IMG/VR virus record: IMGVR_UViG_3300021387_000141
Span: 1-64,000 of that record
DNA length: 64,000 bases
Origin: a virus
Taxonomy: Duplodnaviria > Caudoviricetes
Direction: 5' to 3' (one strand)
Below, in pieces: positions 53,021 to 62,043 of this stretch (position 1 is its first letter; the number at the start of each line of letters is the position of its first letter). The position numbers were made by a program, and so were the translations under genes. Below the pieces are notes generated by a model. It ran no database searches. It was not told the DNA's origin and saw only the letters and a list, made by a program, of their open reading frames with translations.

Positions 53021-53311
53021 ATGCTCGAACGAAAGTTTCAATCCAAAGTTATTTCTGAATTGAAAGAGCTCTTTCCCGGCTGCGTTATTTTAAAGAATGA
53101 CGCGAACTATCTTCAGGGGATCCCTGATATTTTGATCCTCTATGAAGATCGCTGGGCTATGCTCGAAACAAAAAAATCTGCAAAAGAACATAAACAACCT
53201 AATCAGGAATATTACGTCGACAAGCTGAATCGCATGTCCTTTTCAAAATTTATTTATCCGGAGAACAAGGAGGAAGTTTTTTATGAACTTCAACGTGCAT
53301 TCAAATCTTGA
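53021..53311 (+). CDS. VRR-NUC family nuclease (Holliday junction resolvase-like)
   Basis: ERKFQSKV...GIPDILIL...MLETK PD-(D/E)xK pattern. Confidence 0.8.
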   Translation: MLERKFQSKVISELKELFPGCVILKNDANYLQGIPDILILYEDRWAMLETKKSAKEHKQPNQEYYVDKLNRMSFSKFIYPENKEEVFYELQRAFKS

Positions 53312-53846
53312 AGGCCGCCATGCATTTTTAGGTGCGAGCAAATACCATTGGATCAACTATGACGAAAGCAAGATCGCTGAAGCATACCGAAATGACCTGG
53401 CAAAAGAACGCGGAACCATATTGCATGATTTTGCTTCCCAGTGTATTCGGCTGAACCAGCGTCTGCCGAAATCCTCGCAGACATTGAACATGTTTGTGAA
53501 TGACGCGATCGGCTATAAGATGCGTTCCGAACAGCCGCTATATTTCAGCGAGAACTGTTTCGGGACCGCGGATGCGATCTGTTTTCGGAAGAACCTGCTG
53601 CGCATCCATGACCTGAAGACCGGTTTCACACCGGCGCATATGGAGCAGCTCTATATTTACAATGCGCTATTTTGCCTTGAGTACCATTTCGATCCGCATG
53701 AGATCGAGACCGAACTTCGTATTTATCAGTCGAATGAGGTCTTATGTGAAGAACCGGATCCGGACAATATTTCTGAAATTATGGAAAAGATCAAAGCTTT
53801 TGACAAAATTTTACGAGATATTCAGCTGAAGGAGAGTGAAGCCTGA
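53283..53846 (+). CDS. PD-(D/E)xK (Cas4/DUF2800-like) exonuclease
   Basis: RGTILH...SEQPLY...FGTADAI...IHDLKTG...QLYIY. Confidence 0.75.
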   Translation: MNFNVHSNLEGRHAFLGASKYHWINYDESKIAEAYRNDLAKERGTILHDFASQCIRLNQRLPKSSQTLNMFVNDAIGYKMRSEQPLYFSENCFGTADAICFRKNLLRIHDLKTGFTPAHMEQLYIYNALFCLEYHFDPHEIETELRIYQSNEVLCEEPDPDNISEIMEKIKAFDKILRDIQLKESEA

Positions 53847-56655
53847 TATGAGCAATAGTACAGCAATTAATATTTTAATTACCATGGCTAAGAAAGCCAA
53901 AAACCCGACGGTCAAGGATATTTTGCTTAGCGCAGCGGACATGAGCGATTCCGATTTTATTATGCATTACGGAACAAAGCGTCACTCCGGACGATATCCC
54001 TGGGGTTCAGGCGACAATCCATATCAGCATGAAATCGATTTTTTGAATCGTGTCCGCAAGATGCGGAACAAGGGATATTCCGAACTGACCATTGCAAAGA
54101 AGTGCGGATATTCTACGACCAGCGAACTGCGTTCCGCAGTCCGTTCGGCCAATAATGACATTTCTCAATATCGTATCCAGTGGGCCAACCAGTTATTAAA
54201 AGATGGCTTGACCCAGACCGAAGCCGCCCGGCGCATGGATATTCCGGAATCGACATTTCGTTCGATCATGGACAAACAGCGACAGGCCCGCGCTAATAAA
54301 GCGCAGTCGACTGCTAATTTTCTGAAATCCGTTGTTGACGAACGCGGCCCGATCGATATTGGTGCCGAAGTCAACCGTGAATTGAATATTTCCAACGAGA
54401 AACTGACACAGGCAGTCGATATTTTAAAGAAGCAGGGTTATGAAGTCCGTGTCGGTTCCATGCCTCAGGTAACGAATGAGCATGGCCAGCGGACGACCCT
54501 TAAAATTTTATGTCCTCCCGGATCTCCGAAGAACCAGGCATATTTGTATGACGATATTTCTCCGTTATTTGACTATGCCAAAGAATATTCTTCTTCCGAT
54601 GGAGGCAAAACTTTCGATAAATTCGAATATCCTGCATCCATGGACTCCAAAAGAATATTTGTCCGATATTTGGAAGACGGCGGTGCGGACCGTGACGGAT
54701 TAATTGAACTCCGCCGCGGTGTTGAGGATTTATCGCTCGGCGGTTCCCGATATTCTCAAGTCCGAATATTAGTGGACGGGAATAAATATATGAAAGGAAT
54801 GGCCGTATATTCCGACAATATTCCGGATGGCTACGATGTTATTTACAACAGCCGTAAGTCCAGGGAAAAGGGCGAAGACCCGTTTAAGGATATTAAAAAA
54901 GATGACCCGACGAACCCCTTCGGTTCCTATATTTCACCAAGGGGTCAGAGCCATTATATTGACTCGAAGACCGGAGAACGAAAATTATCTCTGATCAATA
55001 AACGTGCCGACGAAGGCGACTGGAACGACTGGTCCAAGTCCCTGCCTTCCCAATTTTTGTCCAAGCAGAACAAGAAGCTGATCGAGAATCAGTTAAATTT
55101 GTCCATTGCTGACAAGATGGCCGAGTACGAGGATATTTGCAACCTGACCAACCCGACCGTAAAGCGCCGATTATTAGAGACCTTTGCTGAGGATTGTGAC
55201 GCGACTTCCGTCCATCTGGACGCGGCTGCCCTTCCCAGACAGCGCTATCAGGTTATTATTCCGCTGCCCTCCCTAAAGAAGGATCAAATTTATGCTCCGA
55301 ATTTTAAGGATGGCGAGAAAGTGGCTTTGGTCCGCTACCCTCATGGCGGGATTTTTGAGATCCCCGTCCTTACCGTAAATAACAAAAATCGGGAAGGGAT
55401 TTCTATATTATCTAAAAATCCGACCGACGCCGTAGGCATCAATATTGAGGCCGCCAAACAGCTGTCCGGCGCGGACTTTGACGGTGACACGGTCATGGTG
55501 ATCCCGTTATCCTCTAAGGTGCAGGTCTCTCACAGACCATATTTGGACGCCCTGAAAGGCTTCGACCCTGAAGTCGAATATCCGAAACGTGAAGGCATGA
55601 AGCCCATGCAGCGTACGGATATTGAGATGGGCAAGATCACCAATCTTATTATGGACATGACTCTTGCAGGCGCCCCTGAAGACGAGGTTGCCCGTGCCGT
55701 CAAGCACTCCATGGTTGTTATTGACGCCAAGAAGCACGAGCTTGACTGGCAGCTCTCTGAAGAACAGAACAAGATCAAGGAGCTGAAGGACAAGTATCAG
55801 GGCCACTATGATGAGAACGGCCGCTGGCGCCATGGTTCGGGTACCATCGTGACCCGTGCCAAGAGCCCGGAACGCGTCACCAAACGCCGTGGTGAGTTCG
55901 ACATCGATCCCGAGACAGGCAAGAAGATCTGGAAGGAAGCCTTCGATGCTCACTACGAAGACGCAAAGGGCAAGCCCAAGACGCGTACTCAGGAAAGCTA
56001 CCGAATGCTCGAGACCGATGACCCTTACAGTCTTGTCTCCGGCATGAACACGCAGACCGAACAGCTTTACGCCCGCTATGCGGCGCAGCTGAAAGCGCTG
56101 GCCAATCAGGCACGTAAAGAGTACAAGTACAACACGCCGAACCTGGAATACAGCCCTTCGGCTCACAAAGTGTACAAGAAGGAAGTCGATTCCCTCACTG
56201 AAAAGCTGCGCCAAAGCCGCTTGAACGCTCCCCGTGAACGTGAAGCGCAGCGCCGCGCCAATGTGCAGCTGGAACGGCTTTTTAAAGAAAATCCGGAACT
56301 CCGGGACGATAAAAAACAAAGAGGCAAATACGCTCAGCAATATTTGACCGCTGCCCGTGTGGCAGTAGGCGCTCAGCGCTATAAGATTGAGATCACGCCG
56401 GCCGAATGGACCGCGATCCAGGCCGGAGCAATATCTGACAGCCTGCTGAAGCAAATATTAGACGCAACGGACACCAATACGGTGCGCGAATACGCGACTC
56501 CGCGCAATTCAGACACCATGTCCAATGCTAAAAAAGCCAGATTATTTTCTCTTCGTCGTTCCGGTTACAGTAATGCGGAGATCGCAGACGCGCTCAATGT
56601 GCCTGTCTCGACGATCCTTTATTACGTACGCCAGGAAAAAGAAGGCAAACTCTAG
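53836..56655 (+). CDS. Putative single-subunit two-barrel (DPBB) DNA-dependent RNA polymerase with terminal HTH domains
   Basis: LSGADFDGD (55468-55488) catalytic loop preceded by LVRYP; QVRI..KG; HSMVVIDAKKH; HTHs TQTEAARRMDIPESTFRS and SNAEIADALNVPVSTI. Confidence 0.72.
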   Translation: MKPDMSNSTAINILITMAKKAKNPTVKDILLSAADMSDSDFIMHYGTKRHSGRYPWGSGDNPYQHEIDFLNRVRKMRNKGYSELTIAKKCGYSTTSELRSAVRSANNDISQYRIQWANQLLKDGLTQTEAARRMDIPESTFRSIMDKQRQARANKAQSTANFLKSVVDERGPIDIGAEVNRELNISNEKLTQAVDILKKQGYEVRVGSMPQVTNEHGQRTTLKILCPPGSPKNQAYLYDDISPLFDYAKEYSSSDGGKTFDKFEYPASMDSKRIFVRYLEDGGADRDGLIELRRGVEDLSLGGSRYSQVRILVDGNKYMKGMAVYSDNIPDGYDVIYNSRKSREKGEDPFKDIKKDDPTNPFGSYISPRGQSHYIDSKTGERKLSLINKRADEGDWNDWSKSLPSQFLSKQNKKLIENQLNLSIADKMAEYEDICNLTNPTVKRRLLETFAEDCDATSVHLDAAALPRQRYQVIIPLPSLKKDQIYAPNFKDGEKVALVRYPHGGIFEIPVLTVNNKNREGISILSKNPTDAVGINIEAAKQLSGADFDGDTVMVIPLSSKVQVSHRPYLDALKGFDPEVEYPKREGMKPMQRTDIEMGKITNLIMDMTLAGAPEDEVARAVKHSMVVIDAKKHELDWQLSEEQNKIKELKDKYQGHYDENGRWRHGSGTIVTRAKSPERVTKRRGEFDIDPETGKKIWKEAFDAHYEDAKGKPKTRTQESYRMLETDDPYSLVSGMNTQTEQLYARYAAQLKALANQARKEYKYNTPNLEYSPSAHKVYKKEVDSLTEKLRQSRLNAPREREAQRRANVQLERLFKENPELRDDKKQRGKYAQQYLTAARVAVGAQRYKIEITPAEWTAIQAGAISDSLLKQILDATDTNTVREYATPRNSDTMSNAKKARLFSLRRSGYSNAEIADALNVPVSTILYYVRQEKEGKL

Positions 56656-56669
56656 AAAGGAGCTCAATC

Positions 56670-56987
56670 ATGGAGAAAGATCAGACCTGTTACCTGACAA
56701 CGTTCGACAATCCGTTCAATCCTGACACACAGTTCGATCTATGGTTGGACTTCGACATCGATCACGGCTATTACAGCTGCGCTTACCTGGATCGGATCGC
56801 CAAGATCAGTCCCGCAATGAGCGAGATCGAGAAGGAACTGGAGATTGAACGCGCGATTGACGAGATCATCAAATATGACTTCCGAAATATATACACAAAA
56901 ATATACGTAAAAAAACAAAATGACACCCCCGTTGTTGATGACGACGAGGATTTTGACAAATTAATTGACCGCAGCCATTACGCATAA
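56670..56987 (+). CDS. Conserved-type phage hypothetical protein
   Basis: RBS aaggag; LTTFDNPFNPDTQFDLW..FD..HGY. Confidence 0.75.
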   Translation: MEKDQTCYLTTFDNPFNPDTQFDLWLDFDIDHGYYSCAYLDRIAKISPAMSEIEKELEIERAIDEIIKYDFRNIYTKIYVKKQNDTPVVDDDEDFDKLIDRSHYA

Positions 56988-56992
56988 AATAG

Positions 56993-57070
56993 ACACACCC
57001 CGGGGGGATAGGCGAAAATCCCACCCCCTCCCCCAATCGCGGGGGTCTCCAAAAATTCTCCGGGGGAGTT
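56993..57070. other. Putative genome terminus (cos-like) region
   Basis: Non-coding G/C homopolymer tracts (ccccggggggg, cccaccccctccccc, cgcgggggtct, ccggggg) between the RNAP operon and the packaging genes. Confidence 0.4.
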
Positions 57071-57133
57071 TTTTAGGACGCGTTTTATATTTTAGCGTGG
57101 TGTTAATAACTTTAGTAAAAAATTTATATTTGT

Positions 57134-57170
57134 AATAGCCCTTTGAAGAGTGATTCAAAGGGCTTTGTTT
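57134..57170. terminator. Hairpin upstream of packaging operon
   Basis: agccctttgaa-gagtga-ttcaaagggct, 11-bp perfect stem. Confidence 0.5.
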
Positions 57171-57206
57171 AATGAAAGAAAAGACAAATGGATATTTTAG
57201 AAGGAT

Positions 57207-57326
57207 TTAGAAAGTACTTTCAGGGGCTCAAGGTTTCCATTTGTTTCCTTTCGTTCCTAACATTATTCGTCTTATGATATGTGCTTGGTTTTTTCGTTGC
57301 TTTGAGCCTCTGAAAGTACTTTCTAA
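57207..57326 (+). ncRNA. Long stem-loop RNA 2 (26-27-bp helix, loop antisense to phage RBS/start regions)
   Basis: 57207-57232 pairs with 57301-57326 at all positions (2 G.U). Confidence 0.65.
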
Positions 57327-57351
57327 CAAAGGAAAAGAATGAGGTAAGCGT

Positions 57352-57696
57352 ATGAGAAAGAAAGAGAAAGACCTTGAAACTCCGGTAAAGCGAAAACAAA
57401 GGCCGGGAATGTCGGTCGAAGCTCGTGAAAATCAGCTCATTTCGCTTGCCGTTGATCTTGCTGAAAAACAATTATTGGAAGGAACAGCTTCGTCACAAGT
57501 AATTACACATTATTTGAAGCTTGGTTCTACAAAAGAACGATTAGAAAAAGAAATTTTAAAACAACAAAAAGAATTAATTGAAGCGAAGACTGAAGCTTTG
57601 CATTCATCGAAACGAATAGAAGAATTATATTCAAACGCATTGAATGCTATGCGGAATTATCGCGGTGACATTAATTCTGATGAAGATGAAGACTAA
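57352..57696 (+). CDS. Putative terminase small subunit
   Basis: First gene of the packaging operon; helical, ARENQLISLAVDLAEKQL..GTASSQVITHYLKLGS. Confidence 0.45.
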   Translation: MRKKEKDLETPVKRKQRPGMSVEARENQLISLAVDLAEKQLLEGTASSQVITHYLKLGSTKERLEKEILKQQKELIEAKTEALHSSKRIEELYSNALNAMRNYRGDINSDEDED

Positions 57697-58119
57697 ATGG
57701 ATACTCTGCGAACATATACAGAATTAATAAAACGTTCAACTTTTATGGATCGTTTTAATTATCTAAAACTGGATGGAAAAATCGGTGAAGATACTTTTGG
57801 ATTCGATCGATATTTGAATCAAATATTATATCGTTCTCCAGAATGGCGAAAAGTTCGGGACATTGTAATTGTCAGAGATAATGGAAATGATTTAGGATTG
57901 GAAGGTTTTCAGATCGGTAAAAAGAATCTGATTGTCCATCATATGAATCCGATCACGTATCATGATATTGTCCAAAAGAATGATGAGATCATGAACCCTG
58001 AATTTTTAATATGTGTATCCCGACTGACGCATCAAGCGATCCATTATGGTAATTTGGATCTTTTGCCAAAAGAACCAATAGAAAGATCATTGAATGATAC
58101 CTGCCCCTGGCGGCATTAA
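57697..58119 (+). CDS. HNH endonuclease (packaging-associated)
   Basis: W..VR..V..RD...IVHHMNPI...N..LICVS..THQAIH. Confidence 0.85.
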   Translation: MDTLRTYTELIKRSTFMDRFNYLKLDGKIGEDTFGFDRYLNQILYRSPEWRKVRDIVIVRDNGNDLGLEGFQIGKKNLIVHHMNPITYHDIVQKNDEIMNPEFLICVSRLTHQAIHYGNLDLLPKEPIERSLNDTCPWRH

Positions 58120-58141
58120 ATATTATTAGGAGAAAATCAAA

Positions 58142-58360
58142 ATGAAAACCAGTAATCCGCTTTATGCGGTTGTTGTAAATTGCTTATGGGCTCCGGTTCA
58201 TGAAAAACCGAATAATCAATCAGATGTTATTTGCGAGCTGGCGTGTTTAAGCGAAGTTGAAGTTCTTGAAGAAAAGTCAATTGACGTTTTCTATTATATT
58301 TGTGCGCCTTCGGGAGATGAGGGATACTGTTTAAAAGAGTATCTGGTTTTAAGAAAATAA
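58142..58360 (+). CDS. SH3-like domain protein
   Basis: VVNC.....HEKP...S.VI..L....EVEV...FY.I....G.EGYC...YL. Confidence 0.6.
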   Translation: MKTSNPLYAVVVNCLWAPVHEKPNNQSDVICELACLSEVEVLEEKSIDVFYYICAPSGDEGYCLKEYLVLRK

Positions 58361-58389
58361 TTAAATAATTCAGCGATAGGAGAAACATT

Positions 58390-58734
58390 ATGGATGAAAG
58401 TATATTGAACTCGATAAAAAAATTGCTCGGTATCGCTGAATTTGATACCAGTTTTGATCAGGATATTATTATTCACATAAATACAATATTAGTAATTTTA
58501 TGGCAGATGGGGGTGGGTCCTACATCCCCTCTTCGAATTTCGGGTCCTGAGGAAAAATGGAGTGATTTTGCGGAAGATTTATCAAAAATTGAGATGGTGA
58601 AGTCTTATATTCACCTAAGAGTGGCACAATTGTTTGATCCGACAACCAGTACAGCGGTAGATGAAAGTCGAAATAATTTAATTAAAGAACTGGAATGGCG
58701 GTTATATGTAAGCGGAGATAGTGATATTTTATAA
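58390..58734 (+). CDS. Head-tail connector (gp6/gp15-like) protein
   Basis: SILNSIKKLLG....FDQDII.HIN...VKSYI.L.V..LFDP...E.EWRL. Confidence 0.6.
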   Translation: MDESILNSIKKLLGIAEFDTSFDQDIIIHINTILVILWQMGVGPTSPLRISGPEEKWSDFAEDLSKIEMVKSYIHLRVAQLFDPTTSTAVDESRNNLIKELEWRLYVSGDSDIL

Positions 58735-59049
58735 TTTAATTGCAATTGCAGATAAAAAAAGTACTGACAGCACTATTATTATAAGCAAAGCGATAATTAT
58801 TTTAAATTCAAAAGAATCTTTATTTGATCGGTATTTAAAATATTTACTTATTTGTTTCGTTTTTTCTTTTTCTTTTTTTAAATAATTTAAAGATTGTTTA
58901 GAGCGTTCTTTTTCTGATAAAAGATGCTCCAAATTGTTTATATCTAAAAATAACTTAGAGCCACAATATTGGCAATATGCTTGTAAATGATCTAAATCCA
59001 AAACTAAATCAGCACCGCATTTTTTACATTTCATTTCGATAGTTTTCAT
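58729..59049 (-). CDS. Zinc-ribbon protein with C-terminal membrane helix; moron-like insertion
   Basis: CKKCG...CQYCG; IIIALLIIIVLSVLFLSAIAI; very AT-rich; opposite strand to the operon. Confidence 0.65.
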   Translation of the reverse strand: MKTIEMKCKKCGADLVLDLDHLQAYCQYCGSKLFLDINNLEHLLSEKERSKQSLNYLKKEKEKTKQISKYFKYRSNKDSFEFKIIIALLIIIVLSVLFLSAIAIKL

Positions 59050-59082
59050 ATTATCAATTTTACTACAAAATAAGGAGGTCCC

Positions 59083-59646
59083 ATGGATTTTGACGAATTA
59101 AAACATTGGGGAATCTTTGGTATGAAATGGGGCGTCCGTCGTTATCAAAATGAAGACGGCTCTTTGACAGATGAAGGGCGGGAACATTATAATGTCGGCC
59201 CTGCTAGAACCAAAGGCTATGAACGAGCAGAAGGCAATTTTAATAGAAATCGTTCTGATAATTATAACATTTCTAAAAAAAATAAGAGCTCTATATTTGA
59301 TTCTAAAAACAAAAAACAAAAATTGCCGGAATTAATGTCAGATGATGAATTGTTTAAGATGACAAAAAGATTTAAAAGCCAGGCAAATTTTTATAATGCG
59401 CAAAATGACTATATAAAAAGTAAAGCATATAATGCTGAACTCACCAAAAAGAAAAGCAAATTAGGACAATTTTTAAATAAAATATTAGTCCAACCCGCAG
59501 AAAATGTATTATCAAGAAGTGTTGAATTTGGATTATCTGTAAGTACTGCGGCCTTTCTGGATTCTATAGATTCAAAATATGCAGATGATTATACAAAATT
59601 TGTTCTAAAAAGTGGTAATAAAAATAAAAAGAAAGATGATGATTAA
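59083..59646 (+). CDS. ELxHxG..GMKWG (DUF7211-like) tagged protein 1
   Basis: MDFDELKHWGIFGMKWGVRRYQNEDGSLTDEGREHY. Confidence 0.75.
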   Translation: MDFDELKHWGIFGMKWGVRRYQNEDGSLTDEGREHYNVGPARTKGYERAEGNFNRNRSDNYNISKKNKSSIFDSKNKKQKLPELMSDDELFKMTKRFKSQANFYNAQNDYIKSKAYNAELTKKKSKLGQFLNKILVQPAENVLSRSVEFGLSVSTAAFLDSIDSKYADDYTKFVLKSGNKNKKKDDD

Positions 59647-59651
59647 TTATT

Positions 59652-61382
59652 ATGCTTTCAAATACCGCTACACCACGTTATTACGGCGAATTTCGTCAGA
59701 AAGTTTTGCGGGGTGAAATACCGGTTCCAAAAACCATAGAAATGGAAATGAATCGGATCGATGATCTGATTCGAAACCGTGGAATTTATTATGATGATCA
59801 AGCCGTAGAAGGATTTATTCGTTATTGTGAAAATGAATTGACATTAACGGATGGATCTGATCTGAAATTATTAGACACTTTTAAACTTTGGGCAGAACAA
59901 ATTTTTGGTTGGTATTATTTCGAAGAGCATTCTATTTACGATCCCAAAAAGAAAAGATATGTAAACCGCCGAATAAAGAAACGCCTTGTAAATAAGCAAT
60001 ATTTAATCATTGCCCGTTCGGCTGCTAAATCTTTATATGCATCCTCAATCCAAAGTTATTTTTTAACGGTTGATACGACAACTACGCACCAAATTACGAC
60101 CGCTCCAACGATGAAACAGGCAGAAGAAGTTCTTTCGCCGATTCGTACTGCGATCAGCAGATCCAGAGGGCCTTTATTTTCATTTTTAACAGAAGGCTCT
60201 ATTCAAAATACGACCGGATCCAAAATGGACCGGGTGAAATTGGCGGCAACAAAAAAGGGTGTCGAGAATTTTTTGACCGGATCCCTACTTGAAGTTCGTC
60301 CGATGAGCATTTCGAAACTTCAAGGACTTCGCTGTAAAATCGCGACGGTTGATGAATGGCTTTCCGGTGATATTCGTGAGGATGTGATCGGTGCAATCGA
60401 ACAGGGTGCTGCAAAAGTAGATGATTATTTGATCCTGGCAGTATCTTCAGAAGGAACTGTCCGAAATGGTGCCGGTGATACGATCAAGATGGAATTGATG
60501 GATATTCTCAAAGGAGAATATATTAATCCGCATGTTTCCATTTGGTATTATAAGCTTGACTCAATCGATGAAGTAAATCAACCGGAAATGTGGCCGAAAG
60601 CGAACCCGAATCTTGGCTATACCGTTAGTTACGAAACTTATCAGTTGGATAAAGAACGGGCTGAAAAAGCTCCGGCAGCCAGAAATGATATTTTGGCAAA
60701 ACGTTTTGGTATTCCGATGGAAGGATATACCTATTATTTTACTTATGAAGAAACACTTCCGCATCGTAAACGAGATTATTGGAATATGCCCTGCGCTATG
60801 GGTTGCGATCTGTCTCAGGGGGATGATTTTTGCGCTTTTACATTTTTATTCCCCTTACGCGGAGGAGCTTTTGGCATTAAAACCAGAAATTATATTTCTT
60901 CTACAACTTTAAATAAACTTCCTGCAGCTATGCGTATTAAATACGATAGCTTTATGAATGAAGGGTCTTTGATCGTATTAAATGGTCCGGTCTTAAATAT
61001 GATGGAAGTTTATGAAGACCTGGATGCGCATATTAATCGCTGTGGCTATGATATTCGCTGTGTTGGCTACGATCCCTATAATGCCCGGGATTTTATTGAA
61101 CGCTGGGCATCTGAAAATGGTCCTTATGGAATTGAGAAAGTAAAACAGGGCTCACGGACAGAATCTGTACCTTTGGGAGAATTAAAGAAACTTTCGGAAG
61201 AGCGAATGCTTTTGTTTGATGAAGACCTGATGACTTTTACTATGGGTAATTGTATTACGCTTGAAGATTCCAATGGTAATCGTAAATTATATAAGAAACG
61301 CTATGACCAGAAAATCGATGCTGTTGCGGCTATGATGGATGCTTATATAGCATTTAAACTGAATCGAGAATCTTTTGAATAA
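59652..61382 (+). CDS. terL: Terminase large subunit
   Basis: IARSAAKS Walker A; ATVDEW Walker B; VSSEG; nuclease GCDLSQGDD and KIDAVAAMMDA. Confidence 0.92.
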   Translation: MLSNTATPRYYGEFRQKVLRGEIPVPKTIEMEMNRIDDLIRNRGIYYDDQAVEGFIRYCENELTLTDGSDLKLLDTFKLWAEQIFGWYYFEEHSIYDPKKKRYVNRRIKKRLVNKQYLIIARSAAKSLYASSIQSYFLTVDTTTTHQITTAPTMKQAEEVLSPIRTAISRSRGPLFSFLTEGSIQNTTGSKMDRVKLAATKKGVENFLTGSLLEVRPMSISKLQGLRCKIATVDEWLSGDIREDVIGAIEQGAAKVDDYLILAVSSEGTVRNGAGDTIKMELMDILKGEYINPHVSIWYYKLDSIDEVNQPEMWPKANPNLGYTVSYETYQLDKERAEKAPAARNDILAKRFGIPMEGYTYYFTYEETLPHRKRDYWNMPCAMGCDLSQGDDFCAFTFLFPLRGGAFGIKTRNYISSTTLNKLPAAMRIKYDSFMNEGSLIVLNGPVLNMMEVYEDLDAHINRCGYDIRCVGYDPYNARDFIERWASENGPYGIEKVKQGSRTESVPLGELKKLSEERMLLFDEDLMTFTMGNCITLEDSNGNRKLYKKRYDQKIDAVAAMMDAYIAFKLNRESFE

Positions 61383-61391
61383 GGAGTTTTT

Positions 61392-62033
61392 ATGAATGAC
61401 TATGAATTGAAACATTATAGAACTCCGGGTTCAAAAAACGGAGTTCGCAAGTATCAAAATTATGATGGGACTTTGACGCCATTGGGTTATATACATTATG
61501 GTATAGAAAAAAACGGAAAAAGCTACAGCGGAAATAAAACATTAGAGAAAAAAAGCGGATGGAATACTGTTAAAACTATAAATAAATATAACCCAAGCCG
61601 TTTGCTTAGAGAACCTATTGATATAGCTATAAATATGCATGATGGTTCTAATATAAGAAAACGTAAAAATGTTACGGGCGGAGTATCTATTTCTAAAAAA
61701 GAAAATGATCAAACTGTACAAAATATACAGGAATCTTATAAACCCGTAGAGCAGCAATTAGAGAAAGCTGCACAAGAACATTATGACGGTGTTTATTTGT
61801 CAGATTTAATGAGTAATGCAAACCGTCAAATATTGGCAGCCGGTGATCAATTTGTTCATAGTCCTATCGTTAAAGAAAAAATGATACGAGGTGGTTTTAC
61901 TGAGTCATTGATTAGAGTAATTCAATATTTATCTAAAAATCCGGACGACTATTCTAAAAATAGATCCATTATAAAATCTCCGGCCTATTGGATGAACTTT
62001 GGTGGTAGACCAAGAATTAATCAAACACGATAA
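61392..62033 (+). CDS. ELxH-tagged (DUF7211-like) protein 2
   Basis: YELKHYRTPGSKNGVRKYQNYDGTLTPLG. Confidence 0.7.
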   Translation: MNDYELKHYRTPGSKNGVRKYQNYDGTLTPLGYIHYGIEKNGKSYSGNKTLEKKSGWNTVKTINKYNPSRLLREPIDIAINMHDGSNIRKRKNVTGGVSISKKENDQTVQNIQESYKPVEQQLEKAAQEHYDGVYLSDLMSNANRQILAAGDQFVHSPIVKEKMIRGGFTESLIRVIQYLSKNPDDYSKNRSIIKSPAYWMNFGGRPRINQTR

Positions 62034-62043
62034 AGGAGGTTAT

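Noticed and set aside
53283-53846. Cas4 as part of a CRISPR system
   Set aside because: Stand-alone PD-(D/E)xK nuclease in a phage recombination context, without the four-Cys cluster or cas neighbours.
55507-56454. 315-aa minus-strand ORF and other antisense ORFs over the RNAP, polymerase and helicase genes
   Set aside because: Shadow frames favoured by higher GC3 in these genes; no independent evidence.
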